64,000 bases of DNA from Phycisphaeraceae bacterium (GCA_963674705.1 OY771506.1:4192001-4256000); one strand, 5' to 3'; positions 26,144 to 35,004 are shown, counted from the stretch's first letter. Numbers and translations are program-made. The notes: generated by a model not told the origin, from the letters alone.

Positions 26144-28618
26144 GTGACAAGTGTGAGTAAACCCGGCATCCAACCCGTCTCGATCAATGCAAGATCGCAG
26201 AAGCTGTTCGACAACGGCTACGGCTACTTCTCCGACGATGGCAGCGAGTACGTCATCACCCGGCCCGACACGCCCAAGCCATGGGTCAACGTCATCTGCC
26301 CGGGCGATTATGGCTTTGTCGTCTCACAGGTCGGCGGCGGATACTCCTGGCAAACACACGCAGGCGTCAACCGCATCACCCGCTGGGAACAGGACCTCGT
26401 CAGCGATTCCCACGGCAAGTACATCTACATCCGCGATGAAGATACCGGCCAATTCTGGTCGCCCACATGGAAACCCGTCTGCTGTGATTACGAACAATAC
26501 GAATGCCGTCACGGCATGGGTTACAGCTTCTTCACCACGACCGTAAACAACATCCGCGCCGAACTGACATTGTTCGCCGTCCCCGGTGAGTCCGTAGAAC
26601 TCTGGCAGATCAAGCTGACCAATCTCGGCAAGCAGAATCGGAATCTATCCGTCTGGTCATACCTGGAATGGTGCCTCGGCGTCGGCCCGGACACGCATCG
26701 CGAGTTCCACAAGACATTCCTGGAAACGATACGATCCTCCGATCATCGCGCCGTATTCGCTACAAAGCGCATGTGGGATATCCCAAACGAAAAAGGCCAG
26801 CATTGGAACCGCAACTGGGACAAGATCGCATTCCATTGCGTGGATATCTCCGCCGCCGGTTCATCCGGCAATAAAGAAGCATTCATCGGACAATACGGTA
26901 CACAGGCCAACCCGATGGCGCTGCGAGAGGGCGGTTATGTCGCCAAGACAACCGGCCGATGGGACGATTCGATCGCCAGCTTGTCTGCCCCGGTTACTTT
27001 AGCCCCACAAGAAACCAAATCACTGACATTCTCGCTGGGCGTTGCCGAGAATAACGACCAAGCCGAGCAATTGGTCAAGCAGTATCAGCAATCTGATGCA
27101 GCCGATCGAGCCCTGACTGACGCCAAGCAATTCTGGAATGATTGGCTGGACCGGTCGCAAGTCGACACGCCTGATGACAGTGTCAACCTCGTCGTGAACC
27201 GCTGGTTCAAGTACCAGTCCTTGTCCTCCCGCATCTGGGGCCGCACCGCCTACTACCAGACCGGCGGCGCCTACGGCTATCGCGATCAGTTACAGGACAG
27301 CCAATTATTCCTGCACCTCGATCCCGAACGCACCAAAGCCCAGATCATGCTGCACGCCTCCCGTCAGTTCGCAGCCGGGCACGTCCAGCACTGGTGGCAC
27401 CCCATCCTCGATACCGGCATGGAGTCCCAGTTCTCCGACGACCTGCTCTGGCTGCCATTTATAACCATCAACTACCTCAAAGAAACAGCCGACTTCAGCA
27501 TCTTCAACGAAACCGCCACATACCTCGACCAGCCGCTCGATCAAGACAACACCGGCAGCCTCTATGAACATTGCTGCCGAACGATAGAGCGATCACTAAG
27601 CAAACGCAGCGAACGCGGCCTGCCACTGATCGGAACAGGCGACTGGAACGACGGCTTCTCCGTCACCGGTTGGGCCGGCAAAGGCGAAAGCGTCTGGGTC
27701 GCCCAGTTCCTCGTCGCGATCCTCAAAGAATTCTGCCCCGCGGTTGAATTGGCGATCGACAAAGGCGAAGTCTCAGAGGATGAAAGAGCCCGTCTTAAGC
27801 GTTACACCAACGAAATCGAAAACCTCACCAACGCGGTGAACGAGCACGGCTGGGACGGCCAATGGTACTGGGCCGCCAGTTGCGACGACCGCACACTTGT
27901 CGGCAGCCACACCGCCAACGAAGGCAAGATCCACCTGAATCCGCAGACATGGTCCGTGTTAAGCGACATCGTCCCCGACGACAGGCGTGACGCGGTACTG
28001 GCTTCACTCGAAAAATACCTCTACCGCGACTACGGCGCAGTGCTGCTTCAACCCGCCTATTCCACGCCCGACCCGCGCATAGGCTACCTCACGCGCTACG
28101 CCGCCGGCACACGCGAGAACGGCGGCCTCTACGCGCATGCCGCCGCCTGGGCCATCCAGATGGAATGCAAGCTCAAACGCCCCGACAAAGCATGGAACTT
28201 GTTCCGCAAGATGTCCCCGCCACTGCGCGGCATGGACCCGAAACTCTATCAATGCGAACCCTACGTCACCGCCGCCAACGTCGACGGCCCCGACTCGCCG
28301 TACTACGGCAAGGGCGGCTGGACCTGGTACACCGGCTCCTCCGCATGGGTCTACCGCGTCCTCATGGAATCCATCATGGGCGTCCGACCTACCTTCCAAG
28401 GCCTGCTCATCGACCCGTGCATCCCCTCGCATTGGGATGGCTTCAAAATGACACGCCGTTACCGCGGCAACGTCTACCACATTAACGTGAAGCGTCCCGC
28501 TGGCGCGTCGCTGGAAGTCCAGTCCATCACACTCGATGGCACAACGATAGATGGTAAAGTCCTGCCGCCACCGGATTCAAAGAGCGGTGAGCACCAGGTA
28601 GAAGTCATACTCAAGTAA
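26144..28618 (+). CDS. GH94 glycoside phosphorylase (similar to the Cgs/NdvB C-terminal phosphorylase domain)
   Basis: TPKPWVNVI, GGAYGYRDQLQD, VQHWWHP, SDDLLWLP, GLPLIGTGDWNDG, GESVW, RENGGLYAHAAAW, WTWYTGS. Confidence 0.92.
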   Translation: MTSVSKPGIQPVSINARSQKLFDNGYGYFSDDGSEYVITRPDTPKPWVNVICPGDYGFVVSQVGGGYSWQTHAGVNRITRWEQDLVSDSHGKYIYIRDEDTGQFWSPTWKPVCCDYEQYECRHGMGYSFFTTTVNNIRAELTLFAVPGESVELWQIKLTNLGKQNRNLSVWSYLEWCLGVGPDTHREFHKTFLETIRSSDHRAVFATKRMWDIPNEKGQHWNRNWDKIAFHCVDISAAGSSGNKEAFIGQYGTQANPMALREGGYVAKTTGRWDDSIASLSAPVTLAPQETKSLTFSLGVAENNDQAEQLVKQYQQSDAADRALTDAKQFWNDWLDRSQVDTPDDSVNLVVNRWFKYQSLSSRIWGRTAYYQTGGAYGYRDQLQDSQLFLHLDPERTKAQIMLHASRQFAAGHVQHWWHPILDTGMESQFSDDLLWLPFITINYLKETADFSIFNETATYLDQPLDQDNTGSLYEHCCRTIERSLSKRSERGLPLIGTGDWNDGFSVTGWAGKGESVWVAQFLVAILKEFCPAVELAIDKGEVSEDERARLKRYTNEIENLTNAVNEHGWDGQWYWAASCDDRTLVGSHTANEGKIHLNPQTWSVLSDIVPDDRRDAVLASLEKYLYRDYGAVLLQPAYSTPDPRIGYLTRYAAGTRENGGLYAHAAAWAIQMECKLKRPDKAWNLFRKMSPPLRGMDPKLYQCEPYVTAANVDGPDSPYYGKGGWTWYTGSSAWVYRVLMESIMGVRPTFQGLLIDPCIPSHWDGFKMTRRYRGNVYHINVKRPAGASLEVQSITLDGTTIDGKVLPPPDSKSGEHQVEVILK

Positions 28619-28638
28619 AACGCATCAACGACTGCGCT

Positions 28639-28691
28639 GCGCTCGGCGCGGGCCTCCCGACCCCACCGATCCTTCGACCGAAGGTCTCCAA
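28639..28691 (+). repeat. REP-like repeat family A, copy 1
   Basis: GCGCTCGGCGCGGG(T/C)CTCCCGACCCC(A/G)CCG-N-CGACCGAAGGTCTCCAA recurs at 30459, 32710 (half) and 32872. Confidence 0.85.
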
Positions 28692-28705
28692 GCCCAGACG
28701 TCTTG

Positions 28706-28814
28706 CGGGTGCCCGACTTGGACCCGCAGGACAAAGGCGGTTGGCGCGGAGCGCCCGTCTTTGTCATGAGTGCGCCGACACAAGACATCTAATATAACTT
28801 ATATTAGATGTCTT
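28706..28814 (+). repeat. ~110-bp structured repeat B, copy 1
   Basis: Near-identical to 32527-32635 and 32738-32849; palindrome AAGACATCTAATATAA-C-TTATATTAGATGTCTT at 28782-28814. Confidence 0.9.
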
Positions 28815-28862
28815 ACGCTAAGTCGAGGTTGTTCTCAAGCAGCATAAACCGCCGATTTGATA

Positions 28863-30380
28863 TCACTCCGCTTTCGCAGGCTCCGGCCCTTCACCGACAG
28901 GCCAGAGTTCCCAGCGGCGCACGTACAGCTCCGCCATCTCGGTCTGCAGTTGCAGCTTGCCGCGACGCGGTGTGACATCGAACGCTTCGTTGACTTTCTG
29001 GCCGTTGATATAGGTTGTCACGTGGCCGCCGTCACTGATGACATCCATACGTGTCCATTCGCCGTGAGGGCTTTCTACATCATCCGGTCCGCGGAAATCG
29101 AGTTTGTCTTCCCAATCAGGGTCACGGTTCAGCCAGTTGACGCGGCTGCGGTTTTCAAGATTGAAAGTTTGCTTCGGTTCGCCTGCTCTCCAGATCATCT
29201 CGCCATCCCGATCCTTGCCGACCTCGCAGGTGATCGACAACGGCACCGGTTCACCACGCGTATCTTTACCGGATACGAGAATGAAGTCGCCGACGCCGCC
29301 CTCGATAATCTGCACCTCGATCGCCGGCATCCACCGCCCAACACATCCGCCATCCGCACCGTTACTGTGAATCAACATCCCGGAATCCCGCGCTTTTTCT
29401 GACCGATCTCCCCATACACGATCACCCCATTTGTATTCCAGAACAAGGTGATAATTGTCGTATGCCTGTTCGGTAAGAATCCCGCCATACCCCTCGCCCG
29501 TAACATGCAGCATCCCATCTGAAATGCCAAATACATGCTTGGGATCCTCGTATCCCGAGCCTTGTATCCAGGTATACAACCCGTCAAGGTTCTTACCATT
29601 GAATAACGTCACCCGACGCTGTTCTTTGTTTACCAGCTTCTTCGCCTCAGCATTATCGTCAGGCAATTCACGGATGTAGATGTTTCTGAACCACAGCTTG
29701 TTGCCATGATTCTGCAGTTCGATCTGCCCCGACTCAGGGATGGGCTTACCCCGTTCAAAGTAGTTCTCCATCACGACATCATCAACGACAAGCTGATCGT
29801 TCAGACGCACGGTCACGCGGTCGCCAATCATGCGGATATAGAACGTGTTCCATTCACCAACAGGGTTGTCAGCCTTGATCAGCGGGAGGTTCTCATGTTC
29901 CTTGTTGTTCCACAAGCTCCCCGAACCTTTGTCCGCACCGTGCTTGAATAACGGCTCATGCGTCGTGTCCCAGATCTGCACCTGCGGATTACCGCGAATA
30001 TAAACTCCGCTGTCGCCTTCAGGCAGGATCTTCCAATCCACATACATCTCGAAGTTCTTGTAATCCTTCGCGGTGCAGAGGTTCTCGCCGTGGCCATCAA
30101 ATTCGATCACGCCATCCACACACTTCCAGTGCTCGCGCATCTTCGCATCAGCTTCCGCCTGTGCTTCAGCCAGTTCTTCAGCCGACATCGCCGCCCGCTT
30201 AGGCGGATTCGCAACCAGACCTTTCCAGCCATCAAGATTGTGCCCATTAAACAGAGCGGTAAAACCCGCCGGCGGTGTATTGAGGCTTCCCCCCCATGCA
30301 ACCGCACCCACCGGCAGCACACAAAAAACAACCAACAACACAACAGCAACACCAAAATCCATCCGGGATAGTCTGAACAT
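28863..30380 (-). CDS. Tandem DUF1080 (3-keto-disaccharide hydrolase family) protein
   Basis: Two repeats of LFNG.NLDG...W..DG......G..L.T...Y.N....E/D.K..DSG....EVQI...GEW...G.LQ.; signal peptide. Confidence 0.9.
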   Translation of the reverse strand: MFRLSRMDFGVAVVLLVVFCVLPVGAVAWGGSLNTPPAGFTALFNGHNLDGWKGLVANPPKRAAMSAEELAEAQAEADAKMREHWKCVDGVIEFDGHGENLCTAKDYKNFEMYVDWKILPEGDSGVYIRGNPQVQIWDTTHEPLFKHGADKGSGSLWNNKEHENLPLIKADNPVGEWNTFYIRMIGDRVTVRLNDQLVVDDVVMENYFERGKPIPESGQIELQNHGNKLWFRNIYIRELPDDNAEAKKLVNKEQRRVTLFNGKNLDGLYTWIQGSGYEDPKHVFGISDGMLHVTGEGYGGILTEQAYDNYHLVLEYKWGDRVWGDRSEKARDSGMLIHSNGADGGCVGRWMPAIEVQIIEGGVGDFILVSGKDTRGEPVPLSITCEVGKDRDGEMIWRAGEPKQTFNLENRSRVNWLNRDPDWEDKLDFRGPDDVESPHGEWTRMDVISDGGHVTTYINGQKVNEAFDVTPRRGKLQLQTEMAELYVRRWELWPVGEGPEPAKAE

Positions 30381-30458
30381 GCATATCCTCCTTATTGCCT
30401 TTCATTCTACGCCCAAACCACAATGATGATAAAATGTACACGTCCCGACTGACGTACC

Positions 30459-30511
30459 GCGCTCGGCGCGGGTCTCCCGACCCCACCGCTCCATCGACCG
30501 AAGGTCTCCAA
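30459..30511 (+). repeat. REP-like repeat family A, copy 2
   Basis: Direct copy of 28639-28691. Confidence 0.85.
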
Positions 30512-30552
30512 CCCCAAACGCCTCACCCGACAAATACCGCGAATTGTCGGAT

Positions 30553-30773
30553 CGTAGGGTGGCGTTAAGCGAAGCGCAACCCACCACAGTCATGTCGCGA
30601 CATACGAATGCAGGTAACCACGATGATGCATGGCGTGTGGAGCTGTTTATCGTTTCATCGTGCGAGATCAGAGCGTTAGCAAAATGGCATCACGTTTAGC
30701 CGACACTAAAAAGGCAGCGCGAGAGTAGATGTGCATCCGTGGTGGGTTGCGCTTCGCTTAACCTCACCCTACG
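30553..30773. repeat. Inverted pair of GTAG-type REP sequences (REPIN/MITE-like)
   Basis: 30553-30587 CGTAGGGTGGCGTTAAGCGAAGCGCAACCCACCAC and the reverse complement of 30739-30773 match at 33/35. Confidence 0.8.
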
Positions 30774-30870
30774 CCAGAGTAGGAACCCACGCTACTTGCT
30801 TGCTCAGGCGTCAATCGAAAGGTTTTCTACAGAGCAGGTCAGACCCCGTTTCTCGTCTGACCCCGTTTCT

Positions 30871-31023
30871 GCCCTGGGCAAAGTGAGGCAAACAGAATAT
30901 AGTAATCCCGGTGTAGGACCCCAAGGTTCTACGGCAATATATTATTGGGGTGACAAAGTTGATATCAACGGTACGGTATTTCCGGAAACTAACGACGGCA
31001 CCTGTGCGGAGAATGTAAAATGA
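30871..31023 (+). pseudogene. Start-less C-terminal gene fragment, possibly a polymorphic-toxin tip remnant
   Basis: AT-rich open frame (..KVRQTEYSNPGVGPQGSTAIYYWGDKVDINGTVFPETNDGTCAENVK*) begins at a repeat junction; its stop overlaps the next ATG (ATGA). Confidence 0.4.
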
Positions 31024-31490
31024 GATCGATTTCTATGAAGTCCTGGTGCTTTATTATCCTGGTAACTATTGTGTTTGCATTGTCAATAAGTATGCTGGGA
31101 TATGCTTACTGGAATTTGAGGTTTGTCAATAATTTTTCATCGCAAATATCTTTAGGGAGCACAATTGGTCAAGCGCTTGATGTAACCACGTCATGGCAAG
31201 GAGAAAATAACCTCCTGGTACAGTGTTCCTCTGAGTCAACTGGTTATTTCACTCTTGTTATTCGTATTATTGATCAAAGCAACTTTAATGAGTACCCGTT
31301 GACGTTTAAATGGGATGGAGTGTCTTTGGTATTGAACCCGGATTTAGACCGCGCTGAGGATACGCCAGCATACTCACTGATTAGAAAAAATGATCGTTCT
31401 TTGTGGTTGTTCATTCATGATTATGAAGACCACGGAATCATAGACTCTCACCGATACTTGATTGAGTTTAGTTCTTCTCACCCAGAATAA
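31020..31490 (+). CDS. Hypothetical AT-rich protein with an N-terminal membrane anchor (candidate immunity protein)
   Basis: 156-aa ORF, hydrophobic N-terminus, composition visibly AT-richer than the flanks. Confidence 0.6.
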   Translation: MRSISMKSWCFIILVTIVFALSISMLGYAYWNLRFVNNFSSQISLGSTIGQALDVTTSWQGENNLLVQCSSESTGYFTLVIRIIDQSNFNEYPLTFKWDGVSLVLNPDLDRAEDTPAYSLIRKNDRSLWLFIHDYEDHGIIDSHRYLIEFSSSHPE

Positions 31491-31633
31491 GGGGCTTATC
31501 CCCTTTCCGAGCCTGGCAATGCCTGTCGATTCATGGGAACCAAAACGGGGACATTCGCAAAGCGTAGGAACTGCCGAATATCAACCCAAGGCGCAAATTC
31601 GATATCCCCAACAAAACAAGAAAAGTTGACACA

Positions 31634-32518
31634 ATGGAATTATTGACTGAGACATCACTGAACTGCCTTGTTTCGGCAGGATGGCACAAGGGACGTTCGA
31701 TAGACATTGATGAATTTGTGGAAGAAAACAAGAAGTGCGGATTCGCCTTTGTGGACCTAGCGGCAGATTTTCTACGCGAATATGGTTACTTGCGCCTCAA
31801 GTATCCTCACTATCGCGTACCCGAAAGCATGGATTCGTGCCACTTTAACGCTACAATAGCAGCGGGTAGTGCAATTCCGGGGCTTATACAAGATTATGAG
31901 AAAGCTTTGGGGCGACCGCTAACAGTCATTGGTGAAGCTTTTACCGATCACATGACAGTTGTTATGGACGATCTTGGGAGAGTCTATGGTGGTTTCGAAG
32001 ATATATTTCACAAGTTTGGCGATACGGGCGTTGGCGCAATCAATTGCTTGTGTGGTGGTTACGAAACTGAGCCAATCTATATAGAACCATTTCAAATACC
32101 TCCAGGCAATAACAAGATCCAACTTAGTGATAAAGCCCGTGAAACGCTGCTAAATGCGGGTTGGAAAGATTCGGTCGAATCTGCTTCTGCTGGTTCTGCG
32201 GTTGAAGTATTTCTTAAAACATATGGTGATATCAGCTTTCAAATGATTAGAGGTGACAATTCTGAGGTTACGTATACATTTGGCATGATGACCTTTCCGG
32301 AAAAATATCTTCTGGATAGTTCAAAATTCGTTGGCTATCGACTATATCCGGTCGGAAGCATAAGGACTTCACTATCTACATTGCCACTGCTTATGGATGC
32401 AGAAGGGAGAATGTATTGCGGTATGGAGGACACCCCCGACCTGATCTGGTTTTATGGTGCATCGGGTGCAGATGCGATCAATAATATTATCGAAGGAAAG
32501 TCGTTTAATCGTGTCTGA
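31634..32518 (+). CDS. SUKH-3-like immunity protein with two tandem domains
   Basis: LVSAGWHKGRSID..AADFLREYG.L..L.VIGE..VMDDLGRVY..GA.INCL, repeated as LLNAGW..FLKTYG.I..LYPVG..LLMDAEGRMY..GADAINNI. Confidence 0.72.
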   Translation: MELLTETSLNCLVSAGWHKGRSIDIDEFVEENKKCGFAFVDLAADFLREYGYLRLKYPHYRVPESMDSCHFNATIAAGSAIPGLIQDYEKALGRPLTVIGEAFTDHMTVVMDDLGRVYGGFEDIFHKFGDTGVGAINCLCGGYETEPIYIEPFQIPPGNNKIQLSDKARETLLNAGWKDSVESASAGSAVEVFLKTYGDISFQMIRGDNSEVTYTFGMMTFPEKYLLDSSKFVGYRLYPVGSIRTSLSTLPLLMDAEGRMYCGMEDTPDLIWFYGASGADAINNIIEGKSFNRV

Positions 32519-32526
32519 CGAATGGC

Positions 32527-32635
32527 CGGGTGCCCGTCTTTGACCCGCAGGGCAAAGGCGGCTGGCGCAGAGTGCCCGTCTTTGTCATGAGTGCACCGAC
32601 ACAAGACATCTAATATAACTTATATTAGATGTCTT
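32527..32635 (+). repeat. ~110-bp structured repeat B, copy 2
   Basis: Palindrome at 32603-32635 with central C. Confidence 0.9.
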
Positions 32636-32709
32636 ACACTATCGGCGGAGCTTGGGGCCTGGGATTCGGGCCACGCCCGGCTCGGGCAGTGCGATCTGTG
32701 AATGCCTCA

Positions 32710-32924
32710 GCGCTCGGCGCGGGTCTCCCGACCCCGCCGGGTGCCCGTCTTTGACCCGCAGGGCAAAGGCGGTTGACGCAGAGTGTCCGTCTTTGTCATG
32801 AGTGCACCGACACAAGACATCTAATATAAGTTATATTAGATGTCTTGTGCCGGGTGCCTTTCTTTGACCTTGCGCTCGGCGCGGGTCTCCCGACCCCGCC
32901 GATTCCTCGACTGAAGGTCTCCAA
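32710..32924 (+). repeat. Composite: half REP-A, repeat B copy 3, start of a fourth B copy, full REP-A
   Basis: REP-A half 32710-32739; B 32738-32849 (39-bp palindrome 32811-32849, central G); CCGGGTGCCTTTCTTTGACC 32850-32869; REP-A 32872-32924. Confidence 0.85.
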
Positions 32925-33563
32925 GTCCAAACGTCTTGCCCATCGCAGTCGGATTGAGATCGCTCTAAACCAATCCGAGTCAACGTGCAAATATCGCGCA
33001 CAGGGTAGGCTGGTTATCCACCACTGAATGGGCGCACAGCTCTGTCGTGTGCGCGCCGCATGCGCTTTACCGCGGTTCTGCGTGGTGGGCCCGTTATCGC
33101 GATGCTTCCGTTGCATAAAAAGACCGCCCGGCCGTGGGGCGCGGGGGAGGGCAATTGAACCCGAGTGCGACGGTGGCCGGCGCACGGATGTGTTATGGAG
33201 CTGAACGCTTCCATAAACCATCCGGGTGGAGGCTTCTTGGTTGTCGGTGCTCAGGGATTCCGGGGGGATCCGGGGGCTTTCCTGTGCTCCGCTCGGATCT
33301 TCCGTCGCTTCACCGATACCCCGGCCGAAGGTCTCCAAGCTCAGCCATGGGTCAACAGCGCCACCCACATGCGCACAACATGGTGGCTTCTACCTTATAT
33401 AGGTGGGCTTACCTGCGGGCGGTCCGCGGGATGGCCGCTCGGCGCGGCGATGGCTTTCAACCCACCCTCGGAAGCGGATATACGATAAACCACCTACCAG
33501 AAGCCAGTTATGCACACACCGGCAAAGCAAAACCGGCTAATAAGGGCCATAAACAGGGGGTAT

Positions 33564-33593
33564 TTGGCAGCAGAGAACAAACTTCGTTATACT
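33564..33593 (+). promoter_or_regulatory. Candidate sigma70 promoter for rplK
   Basis: TTGGCA, 18-nt spacer, TATACT, about 90 nt upstream of the rplK start. Confidence 0.4.
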
Positions 33594-33681
33594 ACCCGGC
33601 TCGCCGGATACTGCGGGGAATCTGCAGGTCTGCTGCATTGTACGCTCGATCATTAAAACGGATGAACGCCAGGAGCCAGAC

Positions 33682-34110
33682 ATGGCCAAGAAAGAGATCA
33701 CCACACAGTTCAAGATCCAGGCCCCAGGTGGGCAGGCTACGCCCGCGCCGCCGATCGGTCCGGCCCTCGGTGCCAACGGGGTCAACCCAGGCCAGTTCAT
33801 CCAGCAGTTCAATGATGCCACCAAGCATCTGAACGGCAAGGTCGTCGGCTGCGTGATCACGGTCTTCGCCGACCGTACGTTCACCTTCGAGATCAAGAGC
33901 CCGCCGGCTGCGGTGATGATCAAGGATGCTGCCGGGCTTGAGAAGGGCTCCGGCGTGCCCAACAAGGACAAGGTTGGCAAGCTGACGCAGGATCAGCTCC
34001 GGGCGATCGCTGAAGAAAAGGCCAAGGAACTGACCGGCCACAGCGTCGAAGCCATGATGCGAACCATCGCCGGCACCGCCCGCTCGATGGGTGTGACGGT
34101 TGAAGCCTGA
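33682..34110 (+). CDS. rplK: 50S ribosomal protein L11
   Basis: [55 protein letters not shown]. Confidence 0.98.
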   Translation: MAKKEITTQFKIQAPGGQATPAPPIGPALGANGVNPGQFIQQFNDATKHLNGKVVGCVITVFADRTFTFEIKSPPAAVMIKDAAGLEKGSGVPNKDKVGKLTQDQLRAIAEEKAKELTGHSVEAMMRTIAGTARSMGVTVEA

Positions 34111-34263
34111 GCATGTGAGATGTTCAATCCGCAATGTTCAATCTAAAAAACAAGCTTGAACATTCAAAATTGAACATTGAAGATCAACACAAACGGCTTA
34201 CCACGTGCCACAAATCGTGGGAGATGAGCCCGACATGTTCGGGCAATCGAAAGGAAGGATTCA

Positions 34264-34947
34264 ATGGCCAAACGAGGCAAACGTTATGCCGCAGACAAGA
34301 AGGCACACGACAACAAAGAGCTGTTGCCTCTTGCTGATGCGGTAAACCGGATCAAGTCATTCAAAGCGACCAAGTTCGACCAGACGGTTGAATTGTGTAT
34401 GCACCTCGGTATCGACGCCAAGCAGGCGGACCAGATGATCCGCGGCTCGTTGTCTTTGCCTCACGGCATCGGCAAGAGCAAGCGTGTCGTCGCCTTCTGT
34501 GCGTCCGACAAGGTCGCGGAAGCCAAGGCCGCCGGTGCGATCGAAGCCGGTGCCGAAGAGCTGGTCAAGAAGATCGAGGATGGCTGGATGGACTTCGACG
34601 TCGCCGTCGCCAGCCCGGACATGATGCGTGTGGTATCCAAGCTTGGACGTACGCTGGGCCCCAAGGGCCTGATGCCCTCGCCCAAGAGCGGCACCGTCAC
34701 GCCGAACGTCGCCGAAGCCGTTAAGGAATACGCGGCCGGTAAGGTCGAGTTCCGTAACGATTCGGGTGGCAACGTTCACGCCGCCGTCGGCAAGTACAGT
34801 TTCGACGCCAAGCAGCTTGAAGAAAACGCCGAGGCGTTCATCAAGCACATCACCAAGATGAAACCGTCCAGCGCCAAGGGTCAATACATCAAGTCGATCT
34901 CGCTGTCAGCGACGATGACACCCGGCGTGGCCGTCGTGGTCGAGTAA
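34264..34947 (+). CDS. rplA: 50S ribosomal protein L1
   Basis: KFDQTVEL..LGID..ADQMIRG..LPHG.GK; LGRTLGPKGLMPSPKSGTVT. Confidence 0.98.
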   Translation: MAKRGKRYAADKKAHDNKELLPLADAVNRIKSFKATKFDQTVELCMHLGIDAKQADQMIRGSLSLPHGIGKSKRVVAFCASDKVAEAKAAGAIEAGAEELVKKIEDGWMDFDVAVASPDMMRVVSKLGRTLGPKGLMPSPKSGTVTPNVAEAVKEYAAGKVEFRNDSGGNVHAAVGKYSFDAKQLEENAEAFIKHITKMKPSSAKGQYIKSISLSATMTPGVAVVVE

Positions 34948-35004
34948 TCTGAATCCAAACTAACCACGCGGCGAGCGCCGCGATCGCCCGAAAGGGACTT
35001 AATC

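Noticed and set aside
28782..28814. Palindrome as the chromosomal dif site
   Set aside because: dif has distinct XerC and XerD arms with a 6-bp spacer and is single-copy; here two identical arms flank 1 nt and occur three times
28814..28822. TACGCTAAG as the inner end of a Tn3-family inverted repeat
   Set aside because: No GGGG terminus at the expected distance, no partner repeat and no transposase
30739..30870. 5' half of the 94-aa ORF 30739-31023 as a real gene start
   Set aside because: It begins inside a REP arm and crosses the boundary repeats; only the AT-rich 3' part looks coding
28706..32924. Repeats as a CRISPR array
   Set aside because: Copies are irregularly spaced (about 0.2 to 3.8 kb apart), there are no uniform unique spacers, and there are no cas genes in the window
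32796..33832. ORFs 32796-33368 (-), 33134-33832 (+) and 33165-33488 (+)
   Set aside because: They translate repeat DNA or overlap rplK out of frame, are Arg/Pro-rich, and show no recognisable motifs
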